Positions 18,396 to 28,025 of a stretch of 64,000 bases of DNA are shown here, one piece after another. The notes below the pieces were generated by a model. That model was not told the DNA's origin, ran no database searches, and was given only the letters and a program-made list of their open reading frames with translations. The DNA is from a virus. The stretch covers positions 1-64,000 of the IMG/VR virus record IMGVR_UViG_3300021963_000034; one strand, written 5' to 3'. Each line of letters starts with the position of its first letter. Position 1 is the first letter of the stretch. The position numbers were made by a program, and so were the translations under genes.

Positions 18396-19107
18396 TTGCG
18401 TAGATGAGTATGTCTATGGCGTATGCGATAGATTAAGTCCTGAAGCACCAGTTCCAGTTCTTTCATATAAAGAAACAAAAAAATCAATAGGAATGTCTCA
18501 TAACGTTTTTTTAAATCTCCTTTCATTTGGCATTGATTGTCAATTTCATACTAATGACCCAGAGGAATTAATTAAAAGAAGGTTTGTTGATCTAAAATCA
18601 ATGACACAGTTAATGCGTCAAGATATTGGATCGTTGGTTGAATCAAAACCAGTAGAAGTTAATAGTGAATATGATGCTGTTGTAATCTCAGATTATAATA
18701 AAGGATTTGTAGATGCTGATTCAATTAAAAAATTATGTGAAACATTTTCTGGTCCAATATTTGTTGACAGTAAAAGAAAAGATCTTAGTATCTTTCCAAA
18801 TTCTATAATAAAAATTAATCAGTATGAGGCAGAACATGCAATTTTACCACATGCATGTGACATAATTGTTACTTATGGGAAAGATGGAGCAATGTATAAA
18901 GGTGATCATTTTAAAGCACCACATGTGGATGTTTATGATGTGACCGGTGCAGGAGATATCTTTCTCGCATCTTTATGTTACTTTTATCTTAAAACAAAAA
19001 ATCTAGAGGAGTCAATTCCTAAATGTGTAACCCTAGCAACTAAGTCAGTTCAGCATATTGGATCTTACATTCTTACAGAGGAGGATATTAATGAAGTATG
19101 TAATTGA
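18346..19107 (+). CDS. heptose-7-phosphate kinase (RfaE/HldE domain I, PfkB family)
   Basis: RLSPEAPVPV, ISDYNKG, DVTGAGD. Confidence 0.88.
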   Translation: MSTQQQKSFKVLLIGDSCVDEYVYGVCDRLSPEAPVPVLSYKETKKSIGMSHNVFLNLLSFGIDCQFHTNDPEELIKRRFVDLKSMTQLMRQDIGSLVESKPVEVNSEYDAVVISDYNKGFVDADSIKKLCETFSGPIFVDSKRKDLSIFPNSIIKINQYEAEHAILPHACDIIVTYGKDGAMYKGDHFKAPHVDVYDVTGAGDIFLASLCYFYLKTKNLEESIPKCVTLATKSVQHIGSYILTEEDINEVCN

Positions 19108-19414
19108 TATTGATGGAACTATTTGTGATAAGGAGGATGGTAAAAGTTATTCATCTTCTATACCAAAAAGAGATAGGATAGAAGCGATCAATCGACTTTA
19201 TGATGATGGGCATTTGATTGTTTATCTTACTGCACGAGGTATGGGTAGATATGATAATAATGCAAAACTAGCAGAGGCAGACTTGAGATATATAACGGAG
19301 TTGCAACTTAAAGAATGGGGATGTAAATATCACGAATTGTTTATGGGCAAACCTTCAGGTGATGTCTATATAGATGACAAAGGAGTTAATGCAAATGACT
19401 TTTTCACAGAATGA
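19091..19414 (+). CDS. HAD-family phosphatase (capsule-biosynthesis type)
   Basis: DIDGTIC, TARG, GKP, YIDDK. Confidence 0.85.
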   Translation: MKYVIDIDGTICDKEDGKSYSSSIPKRDRIEAINRLYDDGHLIVYLTARGMGRYDNNAKLAEADLRYITELQLKEWGCKYHELFMGKPSGDVYIDDKGVNANDFFTE

Positions 19415-19760
19415 TTTTATTAAGTTTGTTTCAAAAGGATGGGGATTTGAAAAGTGGATTGTAAATTGTGAACAGTATTGCGGTAAACTTCTTTATCTTG
19501 CAAAAGGTAGAAAATGTTCCTGGCATTATCACGAAATAAAAGATGAAACTTTTTACATTCAATCTGGTAAACTTATATTGTTTTATGGGAATGATGACGA
19601 TATTAATTTAGCCCAGAAAAAAGTTCTTAAAAAAGGTGATAAATTTCACGTTCCAATTGGTCTCAGGCATAGAATGTATGCTTTAGAAGACACTGAATTA
19701 TTTGAATTTTCTACTCAACATTTTGATAGTGATAGTATTAGAATTATTAATGGTGACTAA
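19395..19760 (+). CDS. cupin-fold sugar isomerase-like protein
   Basis: KGWGFE, SWHYHEIKDETF, HRM, EFST. Confidence 0.8.
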   Translation: MTFSQNDFIKFVSKGWGFEKWIVNCEQYCGKLLYLAKGRKCSWHYHEIKDETFYIQSGKLILFYGNDDDINLAQKKVLKKGDKFHVPIGLRHRMYALEDTELFEFSTQHFDSDSIRIINGD

Positions 19761-19762
19761 TA

Positions 19763-20560
19763 ATGGATAAAAATAAATCAACATATAAACTGAAAAATAT
19801 TGGACCTATCTATTACCTTAATCTTGATGGTCAACCAGAAAGGCAACAGTATATGGAAGACCAATTTAAATATTGGGAAATAGAAAACTATACTCGAATT
19901 TCTGCATATGATGGTAGAGAAGATGATCTGAGTGATATTATTAAGGGAAGATATCCCGAGATGATGTCTTCTGGAGAAATCGGATGCGTTACTTCTCATC
20001 TTAAGGCAATCAAACATTGGTATGAAACTTCTGATAGTCCTTATGCGATTATCATGGAAGATGATTGTAATTTGGATCTTGTCAAGTATTGGAATTTTAC
20101 TTGGGATGATTTTTATTGCCGTGTTCCATATGATTGGGATATTGTTCAGATCGCTATTATTTGTACTGGTGATTTGCATGTAAAACTACATAAAAGATTT
20201 GTAAACGATTTTTCTACAGCTTGTTATTTGATTAATCGTCATCATGCAACTAAGTTGCTAAAACATCATATTAGGGATGACAAATATAAACTTGATAATG
20301 GTGTTAAACCAAGACCCGTTGCTGATGATTTAATTTACAATTCTGGAAACACATATAGTATTCCTCTATTCCTTTATAAGATTGAACTTGGTTCATCTAT
20401 TCACCCAGAACATATTGACATCTTTCATAGGGGTAGTCATGATGGTCTGTTAAACTTTTGGAGTCAAAAAGGATCTGAAATGGATATTTCCGATTTAATG
20501 AACTACGATCCATACTTGGGTCGAATAACTGAAAATTCGGCAACACAACAAAGTGCTTGA
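19763..20560 (+). CDS. GT25 glycosyltransferase
   Basis: YLNLD..ER, GEIGCVTSH, IMEDD. Confidence 0.85.
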   Translation: MDKNKSTYKLKNIGPIYYLNLDGQPERQQYMEDQFKYWEIENYTRISAYDGREDDLSDIIKGRYPEMMSSGEIGCVTSHLKAIKHWYETSDSPYAIIMEDDCNLDLVKYWNFTWDDFYCRVPYDWDIVQIAIICTGDLHVKLHKRFVNDFSTACYLINRHHATKLLKHHIRDDKYKLDNGVKPRPVADDLIYNSGNTYSIPLFLYKIELGSSIHPEHIDIFHRGSHDGLLNFWSQKGSEMDISDLMNYDPYLGRITENSATQQSA

Positions 20561-20645
20561 CATAATCTTAAAAACAATGTTAAGATAGCAAAACCTTGAG
20601 GAAACTTAAGGTTTTTTTCATATTCTATAGAAGAAATACAAACTT

Positions 20646-22112
20646 ATGAAACTCAAACAACTGATGCTTGCACCTGTTGCTCTGGGAATGATTGCTCCTG
20701 CTGCTGCGAATGCGGCAGACCTTAACATGGCAGCAGTCAATCAATATTCTGCAGAACAGGTTACAAGCGTCACTCAACTTTCTGATGTGCAACCAACTGA
20801 TTGGGCGTATCAGGCACTCAGCAACCTTGTAGAGCGTTATGGTTGCGTCGCTGGTTACCCCAATGGCACCTTTGCTGGTGGTAAGGCAATGACCCGCTAT
20901 GAGGCAGCTGCTCTTTTGAATGCTTGCCTTGACCGTGTAACTGAAGTTACCGACGAACTCAAGCGTCTTGCTAATGAGTTTGAGCAAGAACTTGCTGTGC
21001 TTCGTAATCGTGTAGGCAAACTGGAAACACAAGTTACCACTCTTGAAGCACAACAGTTCTCCACTACCACCAAACTGCGTGGTGAAGCAAACTTTGTTCT
21101 CGGTGGTGTTGATGACTATCAAACCAAAGGTGGCGATGTAACTCATACTGCATTTAACTACGATCTTCGTCTTAACCTGGATACTTCATTCACTGGTAAG
21201 GATCTGCTACGCACTCGTCTGCGTTCCGCTAACTTCAGTGGCGATCCTTTCGGTTCCAGTTCTTCAATCTTTAAACTGGATAAAGCAGACGATACTTCTA
21301 GCGAAGTTGGTAACAACGTAGTTATCGACCGTCTGTATTATTCGTTCCCTGCTTTCAATAACAGCACTACTCTGACTGCTGGTGCTCTGGTTCGTAACAC
21401 CGAAATCTCCTGGGTGCCTACTGCATATAAGTCTGGTATTCTTGACTTCTTTGCTGTTGCTGGTACTCCTGGTGTTTATAACAAAGCAACTGGTGCTGGT
21501 TTCGGTGCCCAGTACGGCACAAAAGGTCTTGTTGCTGGTGTAAACTATGTTGCCCAAGCAGGTCAAGATAGCACCCGTGGTGAGTTTGATGAGACTGGTG
21601 CTCTGAATACTCTGGCACAAATCGGTTATCGTGGTAATAACTGGGGTGCTGCATTCGGTTATCGTTATGGTACTGAAGGTACTCGTGTTCGCACTTACAA
21701 CGGTCTGAACGGTGCTTCTGGTACTCTTGTTCCAGGTCAAACCTCTAACGGTTATGCCCTGAACGCTTATTGGCAACCTCAGAAATCAGGCATTATTCCT
21801 TCTGTATCTGCTGGTTATGGTTGGAACACTGTTAGCGGAACCGCTAGCAATGCTACCAATAGTCAGTCTTGGTTCGCTGGTCTTCAGTGGGAAGATGTGT
21901 TTGTTGGTGGTAATTCCGCTGGTGTTGCTATCGGACAGGCTCCTACTGGCGAGAACCTTGAGAAGTCCACTCTGCTTGAAATCTTCTACAAGTATCAAGT
22001 GTCTGATAACATCAGCGTCACTCCTGCTATCATCTACGGTAGCGACAATCAGCGTCTTGCTGATAACTCTTCCAACTGGGGTGGTGTAATCCAGACTACC
22101 TTTAAGTTCTGA
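20646..22112 (+). CDS. cyanobacterial outer-membrane porin (SLH + OprB/Som type)
   Basis: Signal peptide, SDVQPTDWAYQAL..L.ERYGCVAGYP SLH domain, FSTTTKLRGE, C-terminal TTFKF; host-like codon usage. Confidence 0.93.
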   Translation: MKLKQLMLAPVALGMIAPAAANAADLNMAAVNQYSAEQVTSVTQLSDVQPTDWAYQALSNLVERYGCVAGYPNGTFAGGKAMTRYEAAALLNACLDRVTEVTDELKRLANEFEQELAVLRNRVGKLETQVTTLEAQQFSTTTKLRGEANFVLGGVDDYQTKGGDVTHTAFNYDLRLNLDTSFTGKDLLRTRLRSANFSGDPFGSSSSIFKLDKADDTSSEVGNNVVIDRLYYSFPAFNNSTTLTAGALVRNTEISWVPTAYKSGILDFFAVAGTPGVYNKATGAGFGAQYGTKGLVAGVNYVAQAGQDSTRGEFDETGALNTLAQIGYRGNNWGAAFGYRYGTEGTRVRTYNGLNGASGTLVPGQTSNGYALNAYWQPQKSGIIPSVSAGYGWNTVSGTASNATNSQSWFAGLQWEDVFVGGNSAGVAIGQAPTGENLEKSTLLEIFYKYQVSDNISVTPAIIYGSDNQRLADNSSNWGGVIQTTFKF

Positions 22113-22144
22113 TCTCCTAACAAAATTAGGTATAAATGACTACT

Positions 22145-22181
22145 AGAGGGGCTTGACCCCTCTTTCTTTTTGCTATATAAT
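22145..22181 (+). terminator. terminator hairpin with the -35 of the hli promoter in its loop
   Basis: AGAGGGG-CTTGA-CCCCTCT + T-rich; TTGACC-N17-TATAAT. Confidence 0.7.
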
Positions 22182-22209
22182 TATGTAACAATTCTTAACG
22201 AATTAAACA

Positions 22210-22404
22210 ATGACTGTAACAACTAATGAGTATGGGCAACAAAACATGTTTGCCAAAGAACCGACAATGTATTATGAGAACTATGGGATGCTGTCTCCCA
22301 ATCAAGTAAAGGAGCGCACTAATGGACGCTGGGCAATGCTCGGTTTTGTTGCTGGTGTTATTTCTTATGCTAGCACTGGGAACTTCTTCTTCGGTATCTT
22401 CTGA
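22210..22404 (+). CDS. hli: high-light inducible protein
   Basis: GQQNMFAKEP N-terminus, ERTNGRWAMLGF. Confidence 0.92.
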   Translation: MTVTTNEYGQQNMFAKEPTMYYENYGMLSPNQVKERTNGRWAMLGFVAGVISYASTGNFFFGIF

Positions 22405-22490
22405 TGATTGAAGCAATTTGGACAGTGACTACGGTTGCATTTTTTGTGATTCTAGGTTATGCTGTTGATCAACTATCTGAAACATACTGA
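22404..22490 (+). CDS. 28-aa membrane peptide
   Basis: MIEAIWTVTTVAFFVILGYAVDQLSETY; TGATG coupling at both ends. Confidence 0.55.
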   Translation: MIEAIWTVTTVAFFVILGYAVDQLSETY

Positions 22491-22768
22491 TGACCGCTGG
22501 AATGCTCGGGCAATTTGCGCTTGCCCTTGAAACACTTGGATGGGATAAAGATGATGACATCTCAGTTGAAATTGGTGGTGTAGCAGTCACAGGAACTCCT
22601 ACTAGTCCAGATGCTAATCCAAAATGGGCAAAACCATTTGGAACAGTATCTTACCAAAACGATGCCTTCATCGTAATTAAAAACAAATCAAGGAACCCAG
22701 TTGTTCCTTCACAACCAAATCCTGAACTCAAACAACGACACCCTTATAATGGAACACTCTCTAGTTGA
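22490..22768 (+). CDS. hypothetical protein
   Basis: ORF track. Confidence 0.7.
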   Translation: MTAGMLGQFALALETLGWDKDDDISVEIGGVAVTGTPTSPDANPKWAKPFGTVSYQNDAFIVIKNKSRNPVVPSQPNPELKQRHPYNGTLSS

Positions 22769-22934
22769 ACTGCTGACTTACTATGTAATCGTTGCTGCTC
22801 TCTTTATTGGAGCACCTGCAGTATTTTTTACAATTGCTTTTATGCCTGCTTTGATGAATACTAAGGGCGCAGTTGTTGGTTATAAAATTCACCGCGATTA
22901 TGGTGAAACATTTATCTATTCTAAAGTAAAATAA
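22749..22934 (+). CDS. small membrane protein
   Basis: ORF track (ATG 22749). Confidence 0.65.
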   Translation: MEHSLVELLTYYVIVAALFIGAPAVFFTIAFMPALMNTKGAVVGYKIHRDYGETFIYSKVK

Positions 22935-22946
22935 AGGAGAAAAACA

Positions 22947-23066
22947 ATGAACAAAATTTTTACTGAAAAAGCAGAACGCATTAATGGTTGGGCTGCAATG
23001 ATTGGATTTGTTGCCGCTGCTGGTTCTTATCTTGTCACTGGCCAAATTATTCCTGGTTTGTTTTGA
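22947..23066 (+). CDS. hli: high-light inducible protein (39 aa)
   Basis: AERINGWAAMIGF...TGQIIPGLF; AAGGAG RBS; not in ORF track. Confidence 0.92.
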   Translation: MNKIFTEKAERINGWAAMIGFVAAAGSYLVTGQIIPGLF

Positions 23067-23077
23067 TGGAGGTTAAA

Positions 23078-23605
23078 ATGCGTAAAGAAGGTTATCAAAT
23101 TCCACAAGTTGAATTTGTATTCCGCGAGAATAGCGAATTCGTAACCCGTACATCTTCAGAACTTTTCGATGGAAAGCGTGTGGTCCTGTTTAGCCTGCCT
23201 GGTGCTTTCACTCCTACTTGCAGTGCCTATCAGCTACCTGGATTCGAAGAGAAATTTGACGACTTTATTGGTAGTGGCATCGACGATATTTACTGCATCT
23301 CTGTTAATGATGGGTTTGTGATGAATGCCTGGGCACAAGATCAAAACATTAAGAATGTAAAACTTATTCCGGATGGCAATGCATATTTTACACGCTCAAT
23401 GGGGCAACTTGTAATGAAATCAAATCTTGGATTTGGTGGACGCAGTTGGAGATATGCTGCGATTGTTGATAATGGTATTATCGAAAAACTATTCGAAGAG
23501 TCTGGAAAGAGAGACAATGCTGATACTGATCCTTACGAAGAAACTACCCCAGACAAAGTTCTGGATTATGTAAAATCTACAACAAGGGAAACTGTTACTG
23601 CCTGA
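23078..23605 (+). CDS. peroxiredoxin (type II/Prx5)
   Basis: LPGAFTPTCS, SVNDGFVMNAW, RSWRYA. Confidence 0.92.
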   Translation: MRKEGYQIPQVEFVFRENSEFVTRTSSELFDGKRVVLFSLPGAFTPTCSAYQLPGFEEKFDDFIGSGIDDIYCISVNDGFVMNAWAQDQNIKNVKLIPDGNAYFTRSMGQLVMKSNLGFGGRSWRYAAIVDNGIIEKLFEESGKRDNADTDPYEETTPDKVLDYVKSTTRETVTA

Positions 23606-23613
23606 AGATAATC

Positions 23614-23646
23614 AAAGCGCCTAAAAAGGCGCTTTTTTTATAAATA
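23614..23646 (+). promoter_or_regulatory. terminator followed by T4-type late promoter
   Basis: AAAGCGCC/GGCGCTTT hairpin + T-run, then TATAAATA at 23639-23646. Confidence 0.75.
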
Positions 23647-23671
23647 TCTTCAGTGTTTATAGAGATAATCC

Positions 23672-24343
23672 ATGACCCTAGATCTTCATAACTTTTTTAA
23701 GTTTTATGATGATAGCAATTCAAATCATGTTGCAGCGGTTCAATGGTTAGAAGACAATCTTCCCGCTCAGTTTTTGGATGATTCAGAGACAGATTGGATT
23801 GGAATTTTCAGAACCAAACCACCAACACCGGCAGTTCTCAACGTTCCTTACTTCAATCAAGTAGATAACTACAGAGATGCACATAGAACTTGCAACTCTT
23901 CATCGTGTGCTATGTGCCTTGCTTTCCTCAAGCCAGGCAGCATCAAAGGCGATGACGAATACGTTAAAAAAGTATTTGCTATCGGTGACACAACTGATCA
24001 TGCCGTACAGACAAAGGTTCTGGCAGGTTATGGAGTTAAGTCACACTTTAGTTACAATCTTTCTTTCGCTGATATTGATAAAAGTCTCGATGCTGGGAAA
24101 CCTGTTGTTATTGGTATCCTTCACAGGGGTTCTCTTTCTGCACCTACTGGTGGGCATATGTGTGTTGTAATTGGTAAGACACCAGATGGAAAGGGATATT
24201 ATGTAAACGATCCTTATGGTTCTCTTAACGATAACTATACTGGACCTGTAACTAACGGTAAGAAGACAATCTATACCAAAGCAGTTCTCAAGCACCGTTG
24301 GTGTCCAGGGGGTAACGATGGATGGGGCAGAATCTTCGACTAA
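23672..24343 (+). CDS. C39-like cysteine peptidase (putative cell-wall hydrolase)
   Basis: VPYFNQ..RTCNSSSCAM, GGHM, VNDPYG. Confidence 0.8.
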   Translation: MTLDLHNFFKFYDDSNSNHVAAVQWLEDNLPAQFLDDSETDWIGIFRTKPPTPAVLNVPYFNQVDNYRDAHRTCNSSSCAMCLAFLKPGSIKGDDEYVKKVFAIGDTTDHAVQTKVLAGYGVKSHFSYNLSFADIDKSLDAGKPVVIGILHRGSLSAPTGGHMCVVIGKTPDGKGYYVNDPYGSLNDNYTGPVTNGKKTIYTKAVLKHRWCPGGNDGWGRIFD

Positions 24344-24441
24344 TTTTAAAAGAAAGATGCTTAAGGTCATTAGAGATCTTACAAATAGTGGAAAGCATCT
24401 AGAGGCAAACGAACTTTATCAACGGTATTTCGGAGACAACA

Positions 24442-25113
24442 ATGGCAAGAATCGACTTACATAACTTCTTTAAGTTCTATGACGAGAAGAATCCTAATCA
24501 TGTAAAAGCAGTTCAGTGGTTAGAAGATAACCTACCTGTCAAATATCTAGAAGATAATATTGATTGGGCGGAGATTTATAGAGGAAAAAAGACTAGTGCT
24601 GCACCAGCATCTGCACCCGCTGCTGCAGCTCCTGTAACAGGTGGTGATGATGTTCCACAAATGGGAATCAAGTTAATTAAAGAGTTTGAAGGATGTCACT
24701 TAAAGGCATATCCAGATCCTCTTACTGGAGGACTTCCAATCACAATCGGTTGGGGTTCTACCCGCAAGAAAGACGGATCGCCATTTAAACTTGGTGATAC
24801 TCTATCTCAACAAGAAGCAGATGAACTTCTTATCGAACAATGTAAGAAAGAGTTCCTTCCTGCCTTGCGTAAAATCCCTCATTGGAGTGAAATGTCTGAT
24901 GGAAAAAGAGGCGCTCTGCTCAGCTTTGCTTATAATCTTGGTGCCGGTTTTTACGGTGGCGATAACTTTAATACTATTACTAAACGCCTAAAAAATAAAG
25001 AGTGGGATTTAGTTCCTGATGCTCTTTATCTCTATCGCAATCCTGGTTCTAATGTAGAAGCAGGTCTTGCACGTAGAAGAAAGGCAGAAGGTGAAGCTTG
25101 GAAGAAGGGATAA
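24442..25113 (+). CDS. GH24 lysozyme (endolysin)
   Basis: IKEFEGCHLKAYPD, TIGWGST, ALLSFAYNLG, GLARRRKAE. Confidence 0.9.
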   Translation: MARIDLHNFFKFYDEKNPNHVKAVQWLEDNLPVKYLEDNIDWAEIYRGKKTSAAPASAPAAAAPVTGGDDVPQMGIKLIKEFEGCHLKAYPDPLTGGLPITIGWGSTRKKDGSPFKLGDTLSQQEADELLIEQCKKEFLPALRKIPHWSEMSDGKRGALLSFAYNLGAGFYGGDNFNTITKRLKNKEWDLVPDALYLYRNPGSNVEAGLARRRKAEGEAWKKG

Positions 25114-25168
25114 ATAGTTACAATCATACCTGATTCTTGATCTTAACTGGTCTGAATCTACATAGTCC

Positions 25169-25255
25169 GAGTCCTCTGTGATTCGGTGAATACTTTACTT
25201 TTAAACATAACTTCGGTTTGTTTTGTTTAGTACACACTGAACTCACAGAGGATTC
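25169..25255 (+). promoter_or_regulatory. long leader hairpin covering the RBS of the downstream gene
   Basis: GAGTCCTCTGTGA-TTCGGTG pairs with CACTGAA-C-TCACAGAGGATTC; inner AAC-TTCG-GTT tetraloop. Confidence 0.6.
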
Positions 25256-25257
25256 TT

Positions 25258-27435
25258 ATGTCTTACGCTACAAGGGCGCTTGCTGTAGCGTCTGCTCTTT
25301 TAATGGGGGCACCAACAGCATTCGCAGATACAATTTCTGGTACAGATTTCGAGACTGGAGATACTTCAGGATGGAATACTGGAACTCAAACTGGAACACT
25401 AGATGCCACAATCGGTGGAAATGGAACTGGTGTGAGTGTTGTCGATAATCCAGTTATCTTTAATGCTGGATCTTTCCCCGCAGTAGGAAGCCCAACACTA
25501 CAAGACGGTTCTCCTAATCCATATCACGCACCCGCAGTAACACCAACCACTTGGGAGTTTGCTCCTTATGGAACTGCTGGTGCCGCACTACAACCAAACG
25601 GTCAACAAACATTTAACCAAGCAACAGAAGCACTTGGTTTAACTCCAGAGCAAAATCAAGCAATAAGAGATCTTCTCACTCAACAACAACAAGCATCAGG
25701 ACTTGGAAATCCAAACCCAACCGATGCTTCTTGGATTACTAAATCAGTCACTTTGGAGACTGGAAAAGTTTATACGATGTCTTGGAACTATATTGGAACT
25801 GATTATGTTCCTTTCAATGATGGTTCTATCACTTCACTTGTTTATCAGGGATCTGGAACTTCCCCATCAGTAACAGTTAATAACCAACTTCAAAACTATG
25901 CATTACTTGGATTTACCAATCCAGGAACAGGTGATTATTCAACAGGTTCTTTTGGTTCTACTGGATGGCAGTATTCGACTTATCAGGTAGGTGCTGATGG
26001 TGATTATCTCTTAGGATTTGCAGTATTCAATCTTGGAGATACCGCACTATCACCAGTTCTTTTAGTTGATAGTCAACCTGGAACTACAACAGCAAATGGT
26101 CAGGCATTCACTCCTGTTGCTCCAAACAATCCAGATGCACCATCTGTTGATGAAGTAGCACCAACACCAACTCCTGAACCAGAACCCACTCCTGAACCCA
26201 CACCAGAACCAGAGCCAACTCCTGAACCAGAACCCACTCCTGAGCCAGAGCCAACTCCTGAACCTACACCAGAACCAGAGCCAACTCCTGAACCTACACC
26301 AGAACCAGAACCAACTCCTGAACCTGAAGTAACTCCAGAACCAACTCCTGAACCTGAAGTAACTCCAGAACCAACTCCTGAACCCACTCCAGAACCAGAA
26401 CCCACTCCTGAACCAGAACCACCAACATTATTAAACTCTGTGACTGTTCCTGCACCAGGACTTCCAGTTGTTGTTACTACAGAAGTAACTCATAAGGCAT
26501 CTGAGAAGGATGGAGTTCAGAAGATTAGAAGAGACTTTGCAACCACAACTCAAACTCCATTATTAAAGCAAGATACTTATAGTGATGGAACAGTTGTAAG
26601 TTCTTTACTTCTCTCAGTTGATACTCAAAATACTCGTGATGTTCTTTCTGGTCGTGTAGATCAATATGAAGTTTTAGATAAGATTGGTGGTGGATTACAA
26701 AATCTTCTCATTCACGAACCATCTAAACCAGACACTGATATAGTAAGAGTATTCAGTAACAACTATTATGCATGGTCTTCTGGTGATTATGGATACAATG
26801 GTAAGACTTTAATCATTGGTGGTGGATTAGAGATTGATATTACTCCTACTTGGACAATTGGTGGTCAGTATAATAATATGAATATTGATTTAGGTGGAGT
26901 TGATAGCACTTCTAAACTCCTCAAAAATCATTATGGAATATTCAATATGTTCCGTGGAAATACATTCTCACTCTTAACAAATGCTGGATTTGCACAGAAC
27001 AAATATAATGTATCCAGAAATGTTCAGGGTGTCTTTAATAATGAAAGTTCAACAGAAGGAAAAGAGTGGTTTGTAAATAACAGACTATTCTGGCATCTCA
27101 ATAAGAACGTAACATCATTTGTTGGTTACACTGTTGGTAACTATCAAAGAGATGAATTTGTTGAAAAAGGATCTATTCAATCCAGAAGAACTGTTGATTC
27201 TATAAACAAAACTTCACAATCTGGTGAGGTAGGTCTAAATATTTCACACCGTTTTGGTGGAAAGAAAAAGGATTTATTTGGAGTAACTGTTGGTGGTTCT
27301 TATGAAACCAGTGGAATGATTGAGGCATCTGCTTCTGTTGATTATAAAGAGATGGTCGTTATTGAAGGAATTCATCAAATCAATGATGGAGTTTCTAACA
27401 CAGCAGTTTCTGCAAAACTTAAATTTAAGTTCTAA
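25258..27435 (+). CDS. secreted autotransporter-like outer-membrane protein with Pro-Thr-Glu linker
   Basis: Signal peptide, beta-rich N-domain, PTPEPE repeats, C-terminal amphipathic beta strands ending KLKFKF. Confidence 0.7.
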   Translation: MSYATRALAVASALLMGAPTAFADTISGTDFETGDTSGWNTGTQTGTLDATIGGNGTGVSVVDNPVIFNAGSFPAVGSPTLQDGSPNPYHAPAVTPTTWEFAPYGTAGAALQPNGQQTFNQATEALGLTPEQNQAIRDLLTQQQQASGLGNPNPTDASWITKSVTLETGKVYTMSWNYIGTDYVPFNDGSITSLVYQGSGTSPSVTVNNQLQNYALLGFTNPGTGDYSTGSFGSTGWQYSTYQVGADGDYLLGFAVFNLGDTALSPVLLVDSQPGTTTANGQAFTPVAPNNPDAPSVDEVAPTPTPEPEPTPEPTPEPEPTPEPEPTPEPEPTPEPTPEPEPTPEPTPEPEPTPEPEVTPEPTPEPEVTPEPTPEPTPEPEPTPEPEPPTLLNSVTVPAPGLPVVVTTEVTHKASEKDGVQKIRRDFATTTQTPLLKQDTYSDGTVVSSLLLSVDTQNTRDVLSGRVDQYEVLDKIGGGLQNLLIHEPSKPDTDIVRVFSNNYYAWSSGDYGYNGKTLIIGGGLEIDITPTWTIGGQYNNMNIDLGGVDSTSKLLKNHYGIFNMFRGNTFSLLTNAGFAQNKYNVSRNVQGVFNNESSTEGKEWFVNNRLFWHLNKNVTSFVGYTVGNYQRDEFVEKGSIQSRRTVDSINKTSQSGEVGLNISHRFGGKKKDLFGVTVGGSYETSGMIEASASVDYKEMVVIEGIHQINDGVSNTAVSAKLKFKF
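26161..26422 (+). repeat. coding tandem repeat, PTPE/PE units
   Basis: Degenerate CCAACTCCTGAACCAGAA units. Confidence 0.9.
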
Positions 27436-27470
27436 AATCCTAAATAACAAAGACATCATCACAGGAACTG

Positions 27471-27809
27471 ATGGAAAACAAAAGGGAAAAATGTATGAGT
27501 CAGATTATTCGTATTGCGATTTTGGGTTGGTCTGCCGCACTACTGACAGCAAGTTATGCTGGTGCTCTCGCTAAAATGGATCCTACCTTTATTGCAACCG
27601 TATTCACTGCCTCTGCTGCAACCTTTGGTATTAACACAATGAAGAAGGGCGGTGATGATGATGAAAAAAAGGATGAACCAAAAAGGGAAGAGGTTGTAGA
27701 ATCTCTTCCTGAACCACCTACTCCCGAAGTTTCCGCATCGGAACCAACTCTAGAAGAAAGAGTTGAAGTATTGGAAGGTCAAGTACAACCTCGCACAGGT
27801 GGAGCATAA
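27471..27809 (+). CDS. membrane hypothetical protein
   Basis: ORF track; two TM segments, MDPTFIATVF. Confidence 0.7.
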   Translation: MENKREKCMSQIIRIAILGWSAALLTASYAGALAKMDPTFIATVFTASAATFGINTMKKGGDDDEKKDEPKREEVVESLPEPPTPEVSASEPTLEERVEVLEGQVQPRTGGA

Positions 27810-27922
27810 TGGCAAAGTCCGCAAATAAAGGTAAGAAAGGTTCTGCTGGAGGTAAGCAATCCAAGCAAAATCAAGGTAATGCAACTGCCAAAAAAGCAAA
27901 GAATGGTGGAAAGAAAAAATGA
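27809..27922 (+). CDS. 37-aa Lys/Gly-rich basic peptide
   Basis: MAKSANKGKKGSAGGKQSKQ...GGKKK; TAATG coupling. Confidence 0.55.
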   Translation: MAKSANKGKKGSAGGKQSKQNQGNATAKKAKNGGKKK

Positions 27923-28025
27923 TTGAATTTGTGACTTTGGTGGTTGTTGGTCATATGATAGTTGGACCTAACTTATGTCAAACTGATTTTTTAGGTGATA
28001 ATCAAATTTACACATTTACATACCA

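Noticed and set aside
22988-23077. Cys/Trp-rich N-terminal extension of peroxiredoxin in the ORF track
   Set aside because: It is an alternate frame of the second hli gene; the GGAGG RBS supports ATG 23078
26100-26405. Gly/Ser-repeat ORF on the minus strand, or a CRISPR-like array
   Set aside because: It is the antisense of the coding PTPEPE linker; repeats are degenerate codon units with no unique spacers
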